The notes beneath the pieces were generated by a model. It had not been told where the DNA came from. It worked only from the letters and a program-made list of their open reading frames with translations, and made no database searches. A stretch of DNA of 64,000 nt from Lama guanicoe. Its lineage: Eukaryota. The position numbers were made by a program, and so were the translations under genes. The DNA lies in contig MU053652.1 in assembly GCA_013239625.1 (NCBI GenBank), positions 2,730,001-2,794,000 on the forward strand. The letters are read 5' to 3'. Below are positions 11,711 through 23,239 of this stretch, in pieces (the first letter of the stretch is position 1; each line of letters begins with the position of its first letter).

Positions 11711-12072
11711 TGCTGAGATATGATAATGGTGAACATTATGAGTGACATGTCTTGGAAAATTCTTTTCAACTCCTTCAATCTCATTACAACAAATTTGCTT
11801 AGAATCTTTATTAAACTGACTGTTGCTTGAAATAAATGGGTTATTAAATGGAAAATCTCTTTTTGTTAAAATTTCCTCTGAAATAGCATTAGTCATAACT
11901 GGATTTTATATTCCTTTTGACATCTTATATATCTTCTATTAATAGTCTCAATTCTTTAGTCCAAATAACCAGTTGAAAACATCTAACTTAATATTTAATA
12001 ACTAAGGATTTGTTTTATCAAAAAAAGTTGCTCTTGGTTCCAAAGGAGAGCTTCTAAGTCCTTCAGTGGAGG
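11711..12072 (-). pseudogene. Pseudo-exon, N-terminal extracellular region
   Basis: Acceptor tcttcattaacag. The phase-1 frame reads ASTEGLRSSPLEPRATFFDKTNP*LLNIKLDVFNWLFG. After frameshifts it reads KELRLLIEDI*DVKRN and PVMTNAISEEILTKRDFPFNNPFISSNSQFNKDSKQICCNEIEGVEKNFPRHVTHNVHHYHISA. The donor is weak, so the 3' boundary is uncertain. Confidence 0.55.
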
Positions 12073-14241
12073 CTGTTAATGAAGACAGGTAAAATTATTT
12101 CAGTTAATAAGTAAATACTTAGAATACTGCAGATATCCAAAATATTTAAAATACTTCAAATTGATAATTTCAAGGCCTCTAATAGTTATTGAGACACTGT
12201 GGAATACAGTGAGAAAATCTAAAGCGATGAGCTGGTTAATTCAGACACAAAGGCACTCGTCATCAATTAATTGAGAATTTCAGGTTGAAATACTCAATTA
12301 TTCAATTGCTTACTTCACCTGGGCAATGTCTACATAATAAATTAACCTAGTCTATCTTCATAATTAACGTATGTTCATCAGCATACAGGCTAAGGGTATA
12401 GGGCTTGAGACCAGAAAGATTCCAACTTGGTAACCTCCTAGATGAGTGAGCTTGGTCAAGTTGTTTAACTTAAGCCTCAGTTTTTTTCATTCCTAAAATA
12501 CAAGTAACATTTATTTTGCTGATTTATAAGGATAAACTGAGGTAATACATATAAGGAGCTTACCTGACACTTAGTAGGTAGATATTGTATTATTTCTTTT
12601 TTTAACCACTTCAGTGTCTAAGCTGTGATAATAAGACAAGTAAATACACACCGTATCAGATGGTGATAAGCACTGTATAGAAAAGCAAAGTAGGAACCTT
12701 AAATGTCTACCAGTGGGGGAAGAGGTAGCTAAAATAAGAAAAAACAGAAGGAAACATGGATAAGGTGGCTTAGCCTCACTCTGTGCATGTAAGTATCAAG
12801 AGGCACAGGGCAAACTATGTTCTTTCTGCCACTGTTGTTTCATGATTGTGACCATCACAACCAGGAGGACACAGTCTAAAATCATGCAGGCAAGTGGAAA
12901 AGTGGAAGCAGTCAGGAGTGAGGAGGTGGGGGAGCTAAGAAACTCAGAGTTCCCACTGATACCTGACCACGCAGTCCAGAGGATGAGCTCACTTGTACCA
13001 GCTCAGTTTCTTTTGATCATTAAAAAATGATTATTTTAAAAAATAACATAGCCATATTACAGAAAGGATATAACCTAAATACAGAAAATCTGAAAGATTT
13101 AGAAAAAAAATAAGCCTATAATCCCGTTAGCCTTATGTATTTAATATCTGCACTTGGGTTCATTTCCTCATAGTCTTTTTTCGTTTGCATATTTAAAGAT
13201 AGCTGAAATCATACTGTATACAATTGTGGCTCCTGTTCTCTTAAATATAACATTTCATAAGCATTTTCCTTGTTGCTAACCAGCTTTTTATAACTATTCT
13301 TTTAACAGTGAATAATATATCATTAAGTAAGTGAACAGTAATTTACTTAATTTAACTATCTCCTTATATTGTTAGATGTTTAGAATTTTTCCAATTTCTT
13401 GATATTATAAATATTATATCAATATGTATTTTCCTGTATATCTTGTTTTTCACAGTTTAGATTATCTTCTTAGAATTGATTTTCAGAATTTCCAAAACAT
13501 AAAATGTTCCAGGACATCACCATTTTATGACTCTTCATATTTACTGCCAAATTGCTTTTTTCAAAGGGATTATATCAATTTACAGTCCCCAAGATGGTGG
13601 GGAAGAGAAACAAACCTCATTGCAACCCTTGAAAACACTGGATTATTTCATTATTAATCTGTTTTTACTGCTTCAGTTTGCAAGCTGTGATGTAAACCAG
13701 TAAATACATAGTATATCAGAGGGTGATAAGTGGTTTGGTGAACAGCAAAGTGGGGAGAGAAAAAGTGCCAAAGAGGGGAGGAAGGTTGGTTGTTGCTGTT
13801 TTGTATAGGATGATCAGGAAAAGTCTTTCTAAAAAGGTGGTATTTAAGTAAAAGCTAAGAAAGTGAGGGAGTAAGATATGAGAATGGTCTGAGGAAAGAG
13901 GATTTCAGGCAGAGAAAACACCAAGAAAGGCCCTAAGTATTGGAGGAACAGCAAGAGGGCTAGTGTGGCTCCCATATACAGAGAATAGGGGGTCATGAAA
14001 GGAGATGAGATCAAAGGGAAAATAGGCAGCTAGGATACATATGGCTTTGTCCCACATTGTGAGGATTCCCACCCCCACCCTACCCCCGAGTAGAAAAGGG
14101 AGGCATTGAAGGGTTTTGGGAAGAGGTGAGTCAGGAACTGACTTGTGTTTTGTATGATTAGCTGATTGGTTCAGAATGGATTAAATATGCTCAAAATCAA
14201 ACAGCACTTTCCCAGCAAACCTCCTACATTCTCAGCATCTC

Positions 14242-14300
14242 CATCAATGCTCTCACCCATCAATGCTCTCACTCATCAATGCTCTCACTCATCAGTGCTC
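14242..14300. repeat. 16-bp tandem repeat, about 3.6 copies (catcaatgctctcact)
   Basis: Seen directly. Confidence 0.85.
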
Positions 14301-16173
14301 AAAACCACAGTCATCTTTTGCATCTCAAAACTAGTCATCAACAACCCCTGTCAATTCTCCCTCCAAAATGTCTCTTGCATCTGCCTTCTCTAGCCACCAT
14401 TCCCAGTACCAGAACCCTACAATGACCGTTTTCTAACTGATCCCCCAGCCTTCTTTTTTTTCTGCTCACCACTCATACTACTCAGTGCCATCAGAGCAAT
14501 AATTCTAGCAAAGCTGATCATTCATGGCTCTGCTCTTTATCTTTGCGGCCCCTTCACCACCAAGTAAGGTCCAAATTCTTCAGAATGGAATTCAAGCTCT
14601 ACCACAATCTGATTCTAATCTAGTGGTCAAAGTTTATCTCCCATTATTATTCAGAATCAACTGTGCTTTCCTGTCTAACAAGTTTCCTGAACCAGCTCTG
14701 CATTTCCTTACCATACACCTTTGCTTACATTGTCTTCCCTCTCCCTCTTCCCACCCCTCCCCCACCTCTCCATACCTTCTGTTTAGAACACCTTTCCTTT
14801 CCAGCCCCACCCAGAAATCCTACTCATAGTTCCAGGACCACCCCAACCATCACTTTCTTCACCCCAATCTTCTTGGCTGGAATTATGCTTATTTCCTCTG
14901 TGCTCCCATAAATTCTACTCCATTACCCATACATTCTATATCATATTATACCATAGTTTTGTGAATATGCTTTCTTTCCTACTAGATGATAAGTTCCTTG
15001 AGGATCCATGTCTTGCTTATTCTTGTAACGCCTACAGCACTTATAAAATGCCTTGAACGTACTAGATATCCAGTAAATACCTGTGGAACTTAGATTCTTT
15101 AAGGCCTTGTTGCTAATTTGTTGTTGAAACAGAACTAGAATTCAGGTCATGTGATTCCCAGCTCCATATACCTTCCCCAATACCATTCTATCTTTCTGAC
15201 TTCTTTCTGTGGCTCATTGTCATCCCATCTGAAGTACATTTGAAACAGCTAAGGAATTTTAAGGAAGGATGACTAAACAAAAGACAAATGCTGAAATTTA
15301 TTTTTCATGTAGCTATTTAAGCCAAAGTGAACCTAATTTAAGGGCACTAAAATTTTGACTCTGAATTAAAAAAAAATTTAAAAAACATGGTATTTATAGG
15401 TCTAGAAACTTTTTTGCTACTTAGCATTTGATTTTTGAGCTGAACTTAATCTTTTAGGAGTCAAATTGCTATGTTTCTTGGTATACTGTAAACCTGTAGA
15501 TTGGGGAAAAAAGAAAAAAAATGTGTGTGATTTTGCTTCACAGCAGGCAGCAACATTTCTAGATCGTAAGAACATGAAAGGGTTTAAACATTTGGGATGA
15601 GACCCTGAGACAAAGCATAGTTCTCAATTCTCCCAATTCTCCCAATTCTCCCCTGGCCTTCCCATCTTGGAAAAATAGCTCAAGGAGCTAGTGTTCTAAA
15701 CTGGGCTTCCCCTTTGATATTTTAAATTAAATAAGTAAATTATACTCATGATACATGTTATACATGAGTATATGTAAAATGAGAATAAAACTGTTATAAT
15801 ATTTACAATATAGCAATAGCTAGTCTTAGTATGCACATATGAAAATTATTTTTGAGTGATGAACACTGATGCCTTAGGAAAAGCAAGATCTGACTGAGTT
15901 AAAACACATATTTTAGAGAATGACTTAAAGTAGTGGGGCGAGGGGGGGAAATGGAATGACTTTCTCTCCTAAACTGTTTTGCTGCCTTCTCTTCATTGCA
16001 ACTTAGAAGAGAGCAGCATTGCTGTGAAGAATGTCCCATTGAGTTTTTCACAAATTCAAATGAAATGGGATGAAATTAAAGCCTTACATTTTACAGGGAA
16101 AAAGAATGAAATGGAAGCACTCGTTCGTCTCCCTCTGCTCCATCTCCCTCTGAGCATTACAGCAGTGACTGAC

Positions 16174-16272
16174 CTGTGGATCTGATGTGAATTGTAATGT
16201 GGGATCATAGAAATGAAAGTAACCTCTGAAGTAGTTTCATCTACCTTCCATCTTTGGCAAGTAAGCCCCAAA
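16174..16272 (-). pseudogene. Pseudo-exon with start codon and signal-peptide-like sequence
   Basis: Acceptor tttgtaacag. ATG at 16240 gives MKLLQRLLSFL*SHITIHIRST plus one G, then a phase-1 donor CAG|gtcagt. The in-frame TGA at 16207-16205 is one substitution away from TGG. Confidence 0.6.
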
Positions 16273-16649
16273 CTGTTACAAAGAGTTAGTATTTCAGAAA
16301 CTTTCCCCTAGGCAATTTTCCCCAAATCCAACCTACATTCTACCTTACAGGATGGCAGGAACAATTTTTCTTGTGCGCTACAGTGGAGACGTGAAAACAG
16401 CTTTTTGCCGTAGCTAATCATCATAACCATTTCTGCATCACATGGGTTATATTTCTGGACTATGGGGAGACAGCCTAGAATAATGGGTAAGAATTCAGGC
16501 TTAGAGACAGATTTGTGCTTAAGCCACAGCTGTATGATCACAGGCAATTTACTTAAGTTTCTCTAAGCCTCAATTTCCTCACCCATAATGTAGGGATGAT
16601 AATACAGTCCAGCTGATCAAATTACTGTGAAGAATAGTCTAGAATAAGT

Positions 16650-16970
16650 GCTAGAATAAGTCCAATAGAAATATAATGCAAGCCACAAATGTGAGTCACG
16701 TATGTAATGTAAAATTTTCTCATAGCCCCATTAAGAAACAAAAAGAAACAGGTGAAATTAATTTTAGTAATATATGTTACTCAACATATCCAAAACATCA
16801 TTTCAACACGTAAAAAATATTAGTGAGATATTTTATGTTCTCTTTTTTGTACTAAGTCATCAAAATCCAATGTGTATTTTACACATATGGTTTGTCTCAA
16901 CTCAAACTAACAACATTTAAGCACTTAATAAGCCACCTGTGGCCAGTGGTTACTGTAGTGGAGAGTCCAG
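16650..16970. mobile_element. MER33-like hAT-Charlie DNA transposon inserted in a MIR
   Basis: gtccaatagaaatataatgcaagccaca...aataagccacctgtggccagtggttactgtagtgga, with MIR-like sequence on both sides. Confidence 0.7.
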
Positions 16971-17439
16971 GTTTTGACAAAAGCTATAAAGCATTTAGCA
17001 TTATGCTAGGTGTGTAGTGAATGCTAGAAGGTTGGGGCTGCTATTATTTTTCTTAATATTATTCTTAGAGAACTCTGTAATCTTCTCAAAGCCTTCACTT
17101 CTCCAGACTGACCCTAGCTATGATGCTCTTAGGAGTACCTGGGGAGACTGGGTTACTCAAGCCAAGCACTTCAGTTACTTCAAAGGCAACTTCTTCATGG
17201 CCAATCCCCATCTATCATATGGAGAGGGTCACAAAAAGTGGCATCTGCATGGAGAATGACCTTCAATACTGACACATTAAACCCCAAGAAGTAGGCACCA
17301 CCACTAATCTGCTACCTTCTCATACAAATAGTACAGGATAGGACATCTGCTAAAGCAACCACTTGTTCCTATGATTTTCCCCTTGTAAGTAGTGAGGTGC
17401 TATGCAATACATTGTACTCAAAAGTCGATTTGCTAAGTT

Positions 17440-17962
17440 AAATATACAGTTAGAATATGATCCAGCAATTTCACTGGTATAACCAAGAAAATTATAAGAC
17501 TTATGTTTGCACAAAAACTTGTAAACAAATGTACACAGCAGCATTATTCATAATGGCCAAGAAGTGGAAACAACCCAGATGTCCATCAACTGATGAATGG
17601 ATAAACAAAATGTGATAAATCCATACAATGGAATATTATTCAGTAATGAAAAGAAATGAAGTACTGCTTCATGCTACAGCATGGACAAACCTTGAAACCA
17701 CGTTGCTCAGTGAAAGAAGTCAGACACAAAGGGCCACATATTGTGTGATTCCATTTATATGAAATATCCACCATGGGCAAATCCATAGAGAGAAAAAAAA
17801 GATTCTTGGTTTCCAAGGGCTAGGGAGAGGGGAGAATTGAGAGTGACTGCTAACAGGTATAGTTTCTGTCCAGAGTGATGGAAATATTTTGGAATCAGAT
17901 AATGGCAATGGTTGTACATCACTGTGAATATACTAAAAACCACTGAATTGCTAAAAAAAGAA
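17440..17962 (+). mobile_element. Old L1 (L1MB-like) 3' fragment
   Basis: tatgatccagcaatttcact...gtggaaacaacccagatgtccatcaactgatgaatggataaac...aatatactaaaaaccactgaattg, followed by an A tail. Confidence 0.85.
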
Positions 17963-18579
17963 AGTTGATTTGTTGTCCAAGGGAAGCATGGTCAGATACA
18001 CAGTACTGCCAGAGCCCCAGAATAGAGAAGTATTTGTAAGACTTTAAAAATAGAAGAGATCACCCATGCCTAAAATATTATTTGATAGGATAACATTTTT
18101 AACTACAGCATGCATAATATCAAGTCTTTCTCTCCTTTTCATAAATGAAAATTGTTTTACATTTTAACATTAAGCATATTAACTACTAAGAGGGCACAAA
18201 CTTCAAGGACACACACATATACATAAACATAAATGCATGTAAATTGTCAGAACCTTCTGAAAGACTGTACCTGTCATTCCTTTGTTTGGGGCTCTCCCAC
18301 CACTCCCATCTCACCCTCAGGATGACCCCACACCCCCCAGTGCCACCTGCCTACTGTGTGGCAGCAGAGTACAACAGTTAAGGCATGGGCCAGACACAGC
18401 CAGACAGCCCCAGTTAAAGTCTACGTCTCACTGCTCACTAGCTCTGTGACTTTGAGCACCCTTCCTAAGTTTTCTGTGGCTCAGTTTCCCTTTACAACAG
18501 GGATGATAAGAGTGCCCAGGCTTGTTGCAAGGATTAACAGAATTAACATATAAAGTACTTACAATAATGCCTGGCCTGT

Positions 18580-20289
18580 ATACTACTCAAAGCAATCTAC
18601 AGATTTAATGTGATCCTTATCTAATTACCCAGGACCTTTCTTCTCAGAACTAGAAAAAATAATTCTAAAATTTATATGGAATCAAAAAAGACCCAGAATT
18701 GCCAAAGCAATACTGAGGAAAAACAACAAAGCTAGAGGCATAACCCTCCCAGACTTAAGACACGCTACAAAGCTACTGTAACCACAACAGCACAGTATTG
18801 GCACAAAACAGACAAAATGGCACAAAATGGATCAATGAAACAGAAAAGAGAGCTCAGAAAGAAACTGACACACCCACGGTCAATTAATCTTCAACAAAGG
18901 AGGCAAAACTATACAATGAAGAAAAAGTCTTTCTGACAAGTGGTATCGGGAAAGCTGGATAGCCAAATGTAAATCAATGAAATTAGAATGCTCCCTCACA
19001 CCATACACAAAAATAAACTCAGAATGGCTTAAGACTTAAACATAAGACAAGACACTATAAACCTCCTAGAAGGGAACATAGGTAAAACATTCTCTAATAT
19101 AAACTGTGGCAATGTTCTCCTAGGGCAGTCTACCGAGGCAATAGAAATAAAAGCAAAAATAAACAAATGGGACCTATTTGAACTTATAAGCTTTTGCACA
19201 GCAAAGGAAGTAATAAACAAAATGAAAAGATAACCTACAGAATGGGAGAAAATATTTGCAAATGATGTGACTGACATGGGTTTAATTTCCAGAATATACA
19301 AACAGCTCATAAAACTCAATAAAAAGAAAAAAAAAGAAACACCCAATCCAAAAATGGGCAGAAGACCTAAACAAACACTTCTCCAATGAAGAAATAGCCA
19401 ATAGGCACATGAAAAAATGCTCAATATCCTAATTATCAGAGAAATGCAAATCAAAACTACAATGAGGTTATCACCTCACACTGGTCAGAATGGCCATCAT
19501 TAAAAAGTTCACAAATGATAAGAGCTGGAGAGGGTGTGAAGAAAAGGGACTCTTCCTATGCTGTTGGCAGAAATGTAGTTTGGTGCAGCCATTATGGAAA
19601 ACATTATGGAGAATCCTTAAAGAACTGAAAATAGATTTACCCTGTGATCCAGCAATCCCACTCCTGGGCATATATCCAGAGGGAACTCTAATTTGAAAAG
19701 ATACATGCAGCCCAATGTTCATAGCAGCACTATTTACAATAGCCAAGACATAGAAACAAATATCCAACCACAGATGAATGGATAAAGAAGATGTGGTATA
19801 TATACACATTGGAGTACTACTCAGCTGTAAAAAAAAAAGAATAAAATAATGCCATTTTCAGCAACATGGATGGACCTGGAGATTGTCATACTAAGTGAAG
19901 TAAGCCAGAAAGAGAAAAATACCATATGATATCACTTATATGTGGAATCTTAAAAAAATGGACACAAATGATCTTATTGACAAAACAGAGACAGACTCAC
20001 AGACATAGAAAACAAACTTATGGTTACCACAGGGGAAATGGGGTAGGGAGGGATAAATTGGGAGTTCAGGATTTGCAGATACTGACTACTATATATAAAA
20101 CAGATAAACAACAAGGTCCTACTGTATAGCATAGAGAACTATATTCAGTATATATGTAATAGCTTATAATGAAAAAGAATATGAAAAGAAATATGTATAT
20201 ATGTATAAGTGAATCACTATGCTGTACATCAAAAATTAATACAACATTGTAAATTGACTATACTTCAATAAAAATTAATTTTAAAAAGC
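18580..20289 (+). mobile_element. 5'-truncated young L1 (ORF2 3' part and 3'UTR) inserted into a MIR
   Basis: Frameshifted ORF2 (for example WRGCEEKG...[33 protein letters not shown]). The 3'UTR is related to the one at 8.3-8.8 kb. TSD atgcctggcctgt (18567-18579) and atgcctggtctgt (20290-20302). The MIR resumes after the insertion. Confidence 0.92.
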
Positions 20290-22071
20290 ATGCCTGGTCT
20301 GTGGTAGATGCTTTATAAGTATTTTATAAATAAAAATAAATAAGTATTCTAAAATCTGTCCCCACAGCATGCCAGCCTTGCTTAAACATGCTTCCCCTCT
20401 GTCTGGAACACCCCACGATAGCTCCTCCCCTCTTTTCTTTCCGTACTTCATTCAAATATCATGTCAGCAACCCTGATCACTCTATCCCTGTCCCTTGCTT
20501 GTTTCTGTTTGGAGCATTGATCACTTTCTAAAATTCAGTCTGATAATTTGCCTTTGTATCTTTTTTGTGGTCCATCAACTCCTAATGAAATGCAGGAATC
20601 TTTACCTGTTTGCTATTCAGCCCTAAGCATCTAGGATAGTGTCTGCTGCAGAGAAGGCACTCTACCATGTTTTCTGAATGAACGAAGGGACAATAGTTAC
20701 TTCCGGGCAGTGGCCCTGGGGATGGGAATGAGGTATACTTTTCCTGAACACTTCTTTCACCATTTTATATTTTACCACGTGCTTATGTTCTTCTCATAAC
20801 AATGAAAAGTGAGAAATAAAATACTGGAAATAAAAGAGGATGTGAACCCATAACAAAAAACAGTAAGACTTCAGGCATCCATGACCAGAGGAGAATTCCA
20901 CAGGAAAGTGTAAGGTTGCTCCTGCAAATCACCTTTAGACTTTAGCCCTGTGTAGAAAGTGGAATCACACCTCAGAAATGGCACACAGCCCTAATTTTGA
21001 AGCACAGCATGTACACAGGTTAGCAGAAAGTCTTAATAAGATCTCTCGTATTGTGCAATATGTGTTCTGTACCTATGGGTACAATGAGAAATTTTTCCAT
21101 GACCAAAGGCCTGTTTCCAGGCACAGTAAACAGACGCATTTGCTGAAGGTTGTTTGCCCTCTTCCACCCCTGCACCCCTGCCTGCACTGGACAGGCAGGA
21201 GGCCACAGTGCATGGGATCCCTTGGGCAGCGACAGACAGTCTGTCTCCACAGCCTGCGAATAGTGGTCTTCCTCATTCCCTCAGGCCTTCTGGAAACCCG
21301 ATAAGGTTACAGGATCCCACATAAGAGTTGGACTTCAAGTGAACTGTTCTGTAAACTTATCCCAATCAGTTGGAGGTAAAACTGTCTTCAGGGTCCCCCG
21401 ACTTCTCTATTCCGTTTCTCTCTTTCCTCCCCCTGTGTTACCACCTCTCTGCTCTCTCCTATCAGGAGAAAAACCACTGATGAGTCATTAGCTCCTTGAA
21501 TAATGTGTTACCTCTACCATGAAGTTTTGTATTTAAAAAGTGGTCAAGAGGGAAGAAATAATGATGATGATGTTCATAACGATATTAATAATACAATGAA
21601 GATGATGTTAATGAGAGCTGATGATAGCAGATATTGCTTATTGAATATTACTATTAGCCAGATATTCTGCTAAAAAGTGGATACAATTTATGTCATTTAG
21701 TCCTCCAATAATCCAATGAGGTAGGTGTTGTCATACTCACATTATAGATGAGGAATGAAAAGTCACATAATTAGTAAATGGCAGACAGAGAGTTTAGAAG
21801 AACTGTCTAAAATTGTTTGCTCTAAGGAATTTCTACATATTATTCAAATGAATGGATTCTAAGGTGGAAACTTGACCCTGTAGGGAGGGAGCTGAGGAGA
21901 GTCAATGACAGCACCCTGCAGTAGCAATGACCTTTGAGGCTTGAAACTGCAAACAATTCACTGTAGCTATGACTGCCTGGGTTCAAATCCTAACCCTGAC
22001 ACTCGAGATTACCTGAGGCAAGTCACATAATCTCTATGCTTAAGATGCTTATTAGAATTCAATAAGATGCC

Positions 22072-22172
22072 GGGGTGGGTATAGGTCAAGTGGTAGAGCG
22101 CATGTTTAGCATACGCAAGGTCCTGGGTTCAATCCCCAGTACCTCCTCCAAAAAATTAATAATAATAAAAAA
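22072..22172 (+). mobile_element. tRNA-derived camelid-type SINE (Vic-1-like)
   Basis: ggggtgggtataggtcaagtggtagagcgcatgtttagcatacgcaaggtcctgggttcaatccccagtacctcc plus A tail. TSD-like flanks agaattcaataagat and agaatgcaatgagat. Confidence 0.9.
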
Positions 22173-23239
22173 AGAATGCAATGAGATAATGTCGATGAAG
22201 TGCTTGCAATAGTACGAGTGTATATATATATATGCACATACATGGAATTCCAATGGTGTATATTTTGATTGCTATACATTCCTGCTATTAGAATAGTTTA
22301 TTTCTAGCTTTCAAATAACAGAAGTGCTTGTTTACCTAATTTTATAATGTAGTTGTTGGTCTATCTTCTTCAGGCTTTTTCTTGAAAACATAGCATAATA
22401 ATAGAATTTCAAAGGGAGATACCTCAAATACCATTTCCCTAACACAACAATTATTTTTATTTTTGCATATTGCCTTCCAGTTTTGCTAATTCTGAGAAGC
22501 TACATGGAAAGGGCACTATATTGAATTAAATTTCCATTTTTATTTTGCTGTCACAAATTAGCTGTATGACCTCAGGGAAGTTACATAATTGCCCTTTGCC
22601 TTAGTTTCCCAAAGTATAAAGTGAAGAGATTAGACTAGATGGTCTTTAAGATCCTTCTAGCTCCAACAGTGTATGCTTTTATAATCCATAATCTACTTTC
22701 TTTTTTGCTTTCATGGTTCATATGGTATTGTTTATACAAAGTACATGTAAGTAATGTTTGCAAAGTTACTTAACTTTCCAAACTATGTCTAGGAAATAAG
22801 GCTTTGCATCTAATGAGTTATGCAAAGGTAAGGTATGACTGAAACTCCCAGGAATTTCAAAAGTAGCTACCAAATTACCAAAAAGCCATAAAAATTAGTA
22901 TCAATACATTCATTATACATATGTTTCCAACTGAAGTATAGGCCTTTCCACATATTAATGTGTAAGTAAGACATTTAGTTTGATAAGGCCATTCTAATCT
23001 TTGTTGATATATAGTTATTAATTCATAATAATTTTAAAATATGACATCAGTGTAGTTTTTCCATGTGGTATTCTTTTTTTTTCTTTTTCTTTCCTTTTCT
23101 TTTATTTCTTTCCTTTATTGAAATATAGCCATGTGATATGCTTAATTTTTAAAGTTTCTGTACAAGAAAATCAAAGAGGGGAAAACAAAGAAAAAAATAG
23201 GAGTGACTCTGACTTAGATCGTATTGGCAGAAACATGTC

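Larger units (their letters stand above)
635..16272 (-). pseudogene. Decayed unprocessed multi-exon gene: putative type I membrane glycoprotein (signal peptide, N-glycosylated region, Ig-like domain, ZPBP-like/Cys-rich region, TM segment, cytoplasmic tail)
   Basis: About 11 co-oriented minus-strand blocks bounded by AG/GT sites: 16272-16174, 12072-~11711, 10020-9727, 9447-9289, 7543-7186, 7058-~6925, 6348-6255, 4020-3790, 2149-2021, 1181-983 and 799-635. Translations are protein-like and fall in a sensible domain order. Phases match at the 16174/12072, 3790/2149, 2021/1181 and 983/799 junctions. Every block has stops or frameshifts. Confidence 0.65.

Noticed and set aside
14242..14300. CRISPR-like repeat array
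   Set aside because: This is eukaryotic DNA with contiguous tandem units and no spacers.
19029..19809. Hydrophobic minus-strand ORFs that look like membrane proteins
   Set aside because: They are antisense reading frames of L1 ORF2.
22072..22145. tRNA gene
   Set aside because: A/B boxes are present, but there is an A-rich tail, a TSD and several diverged copies in the window, so it is a SINE.
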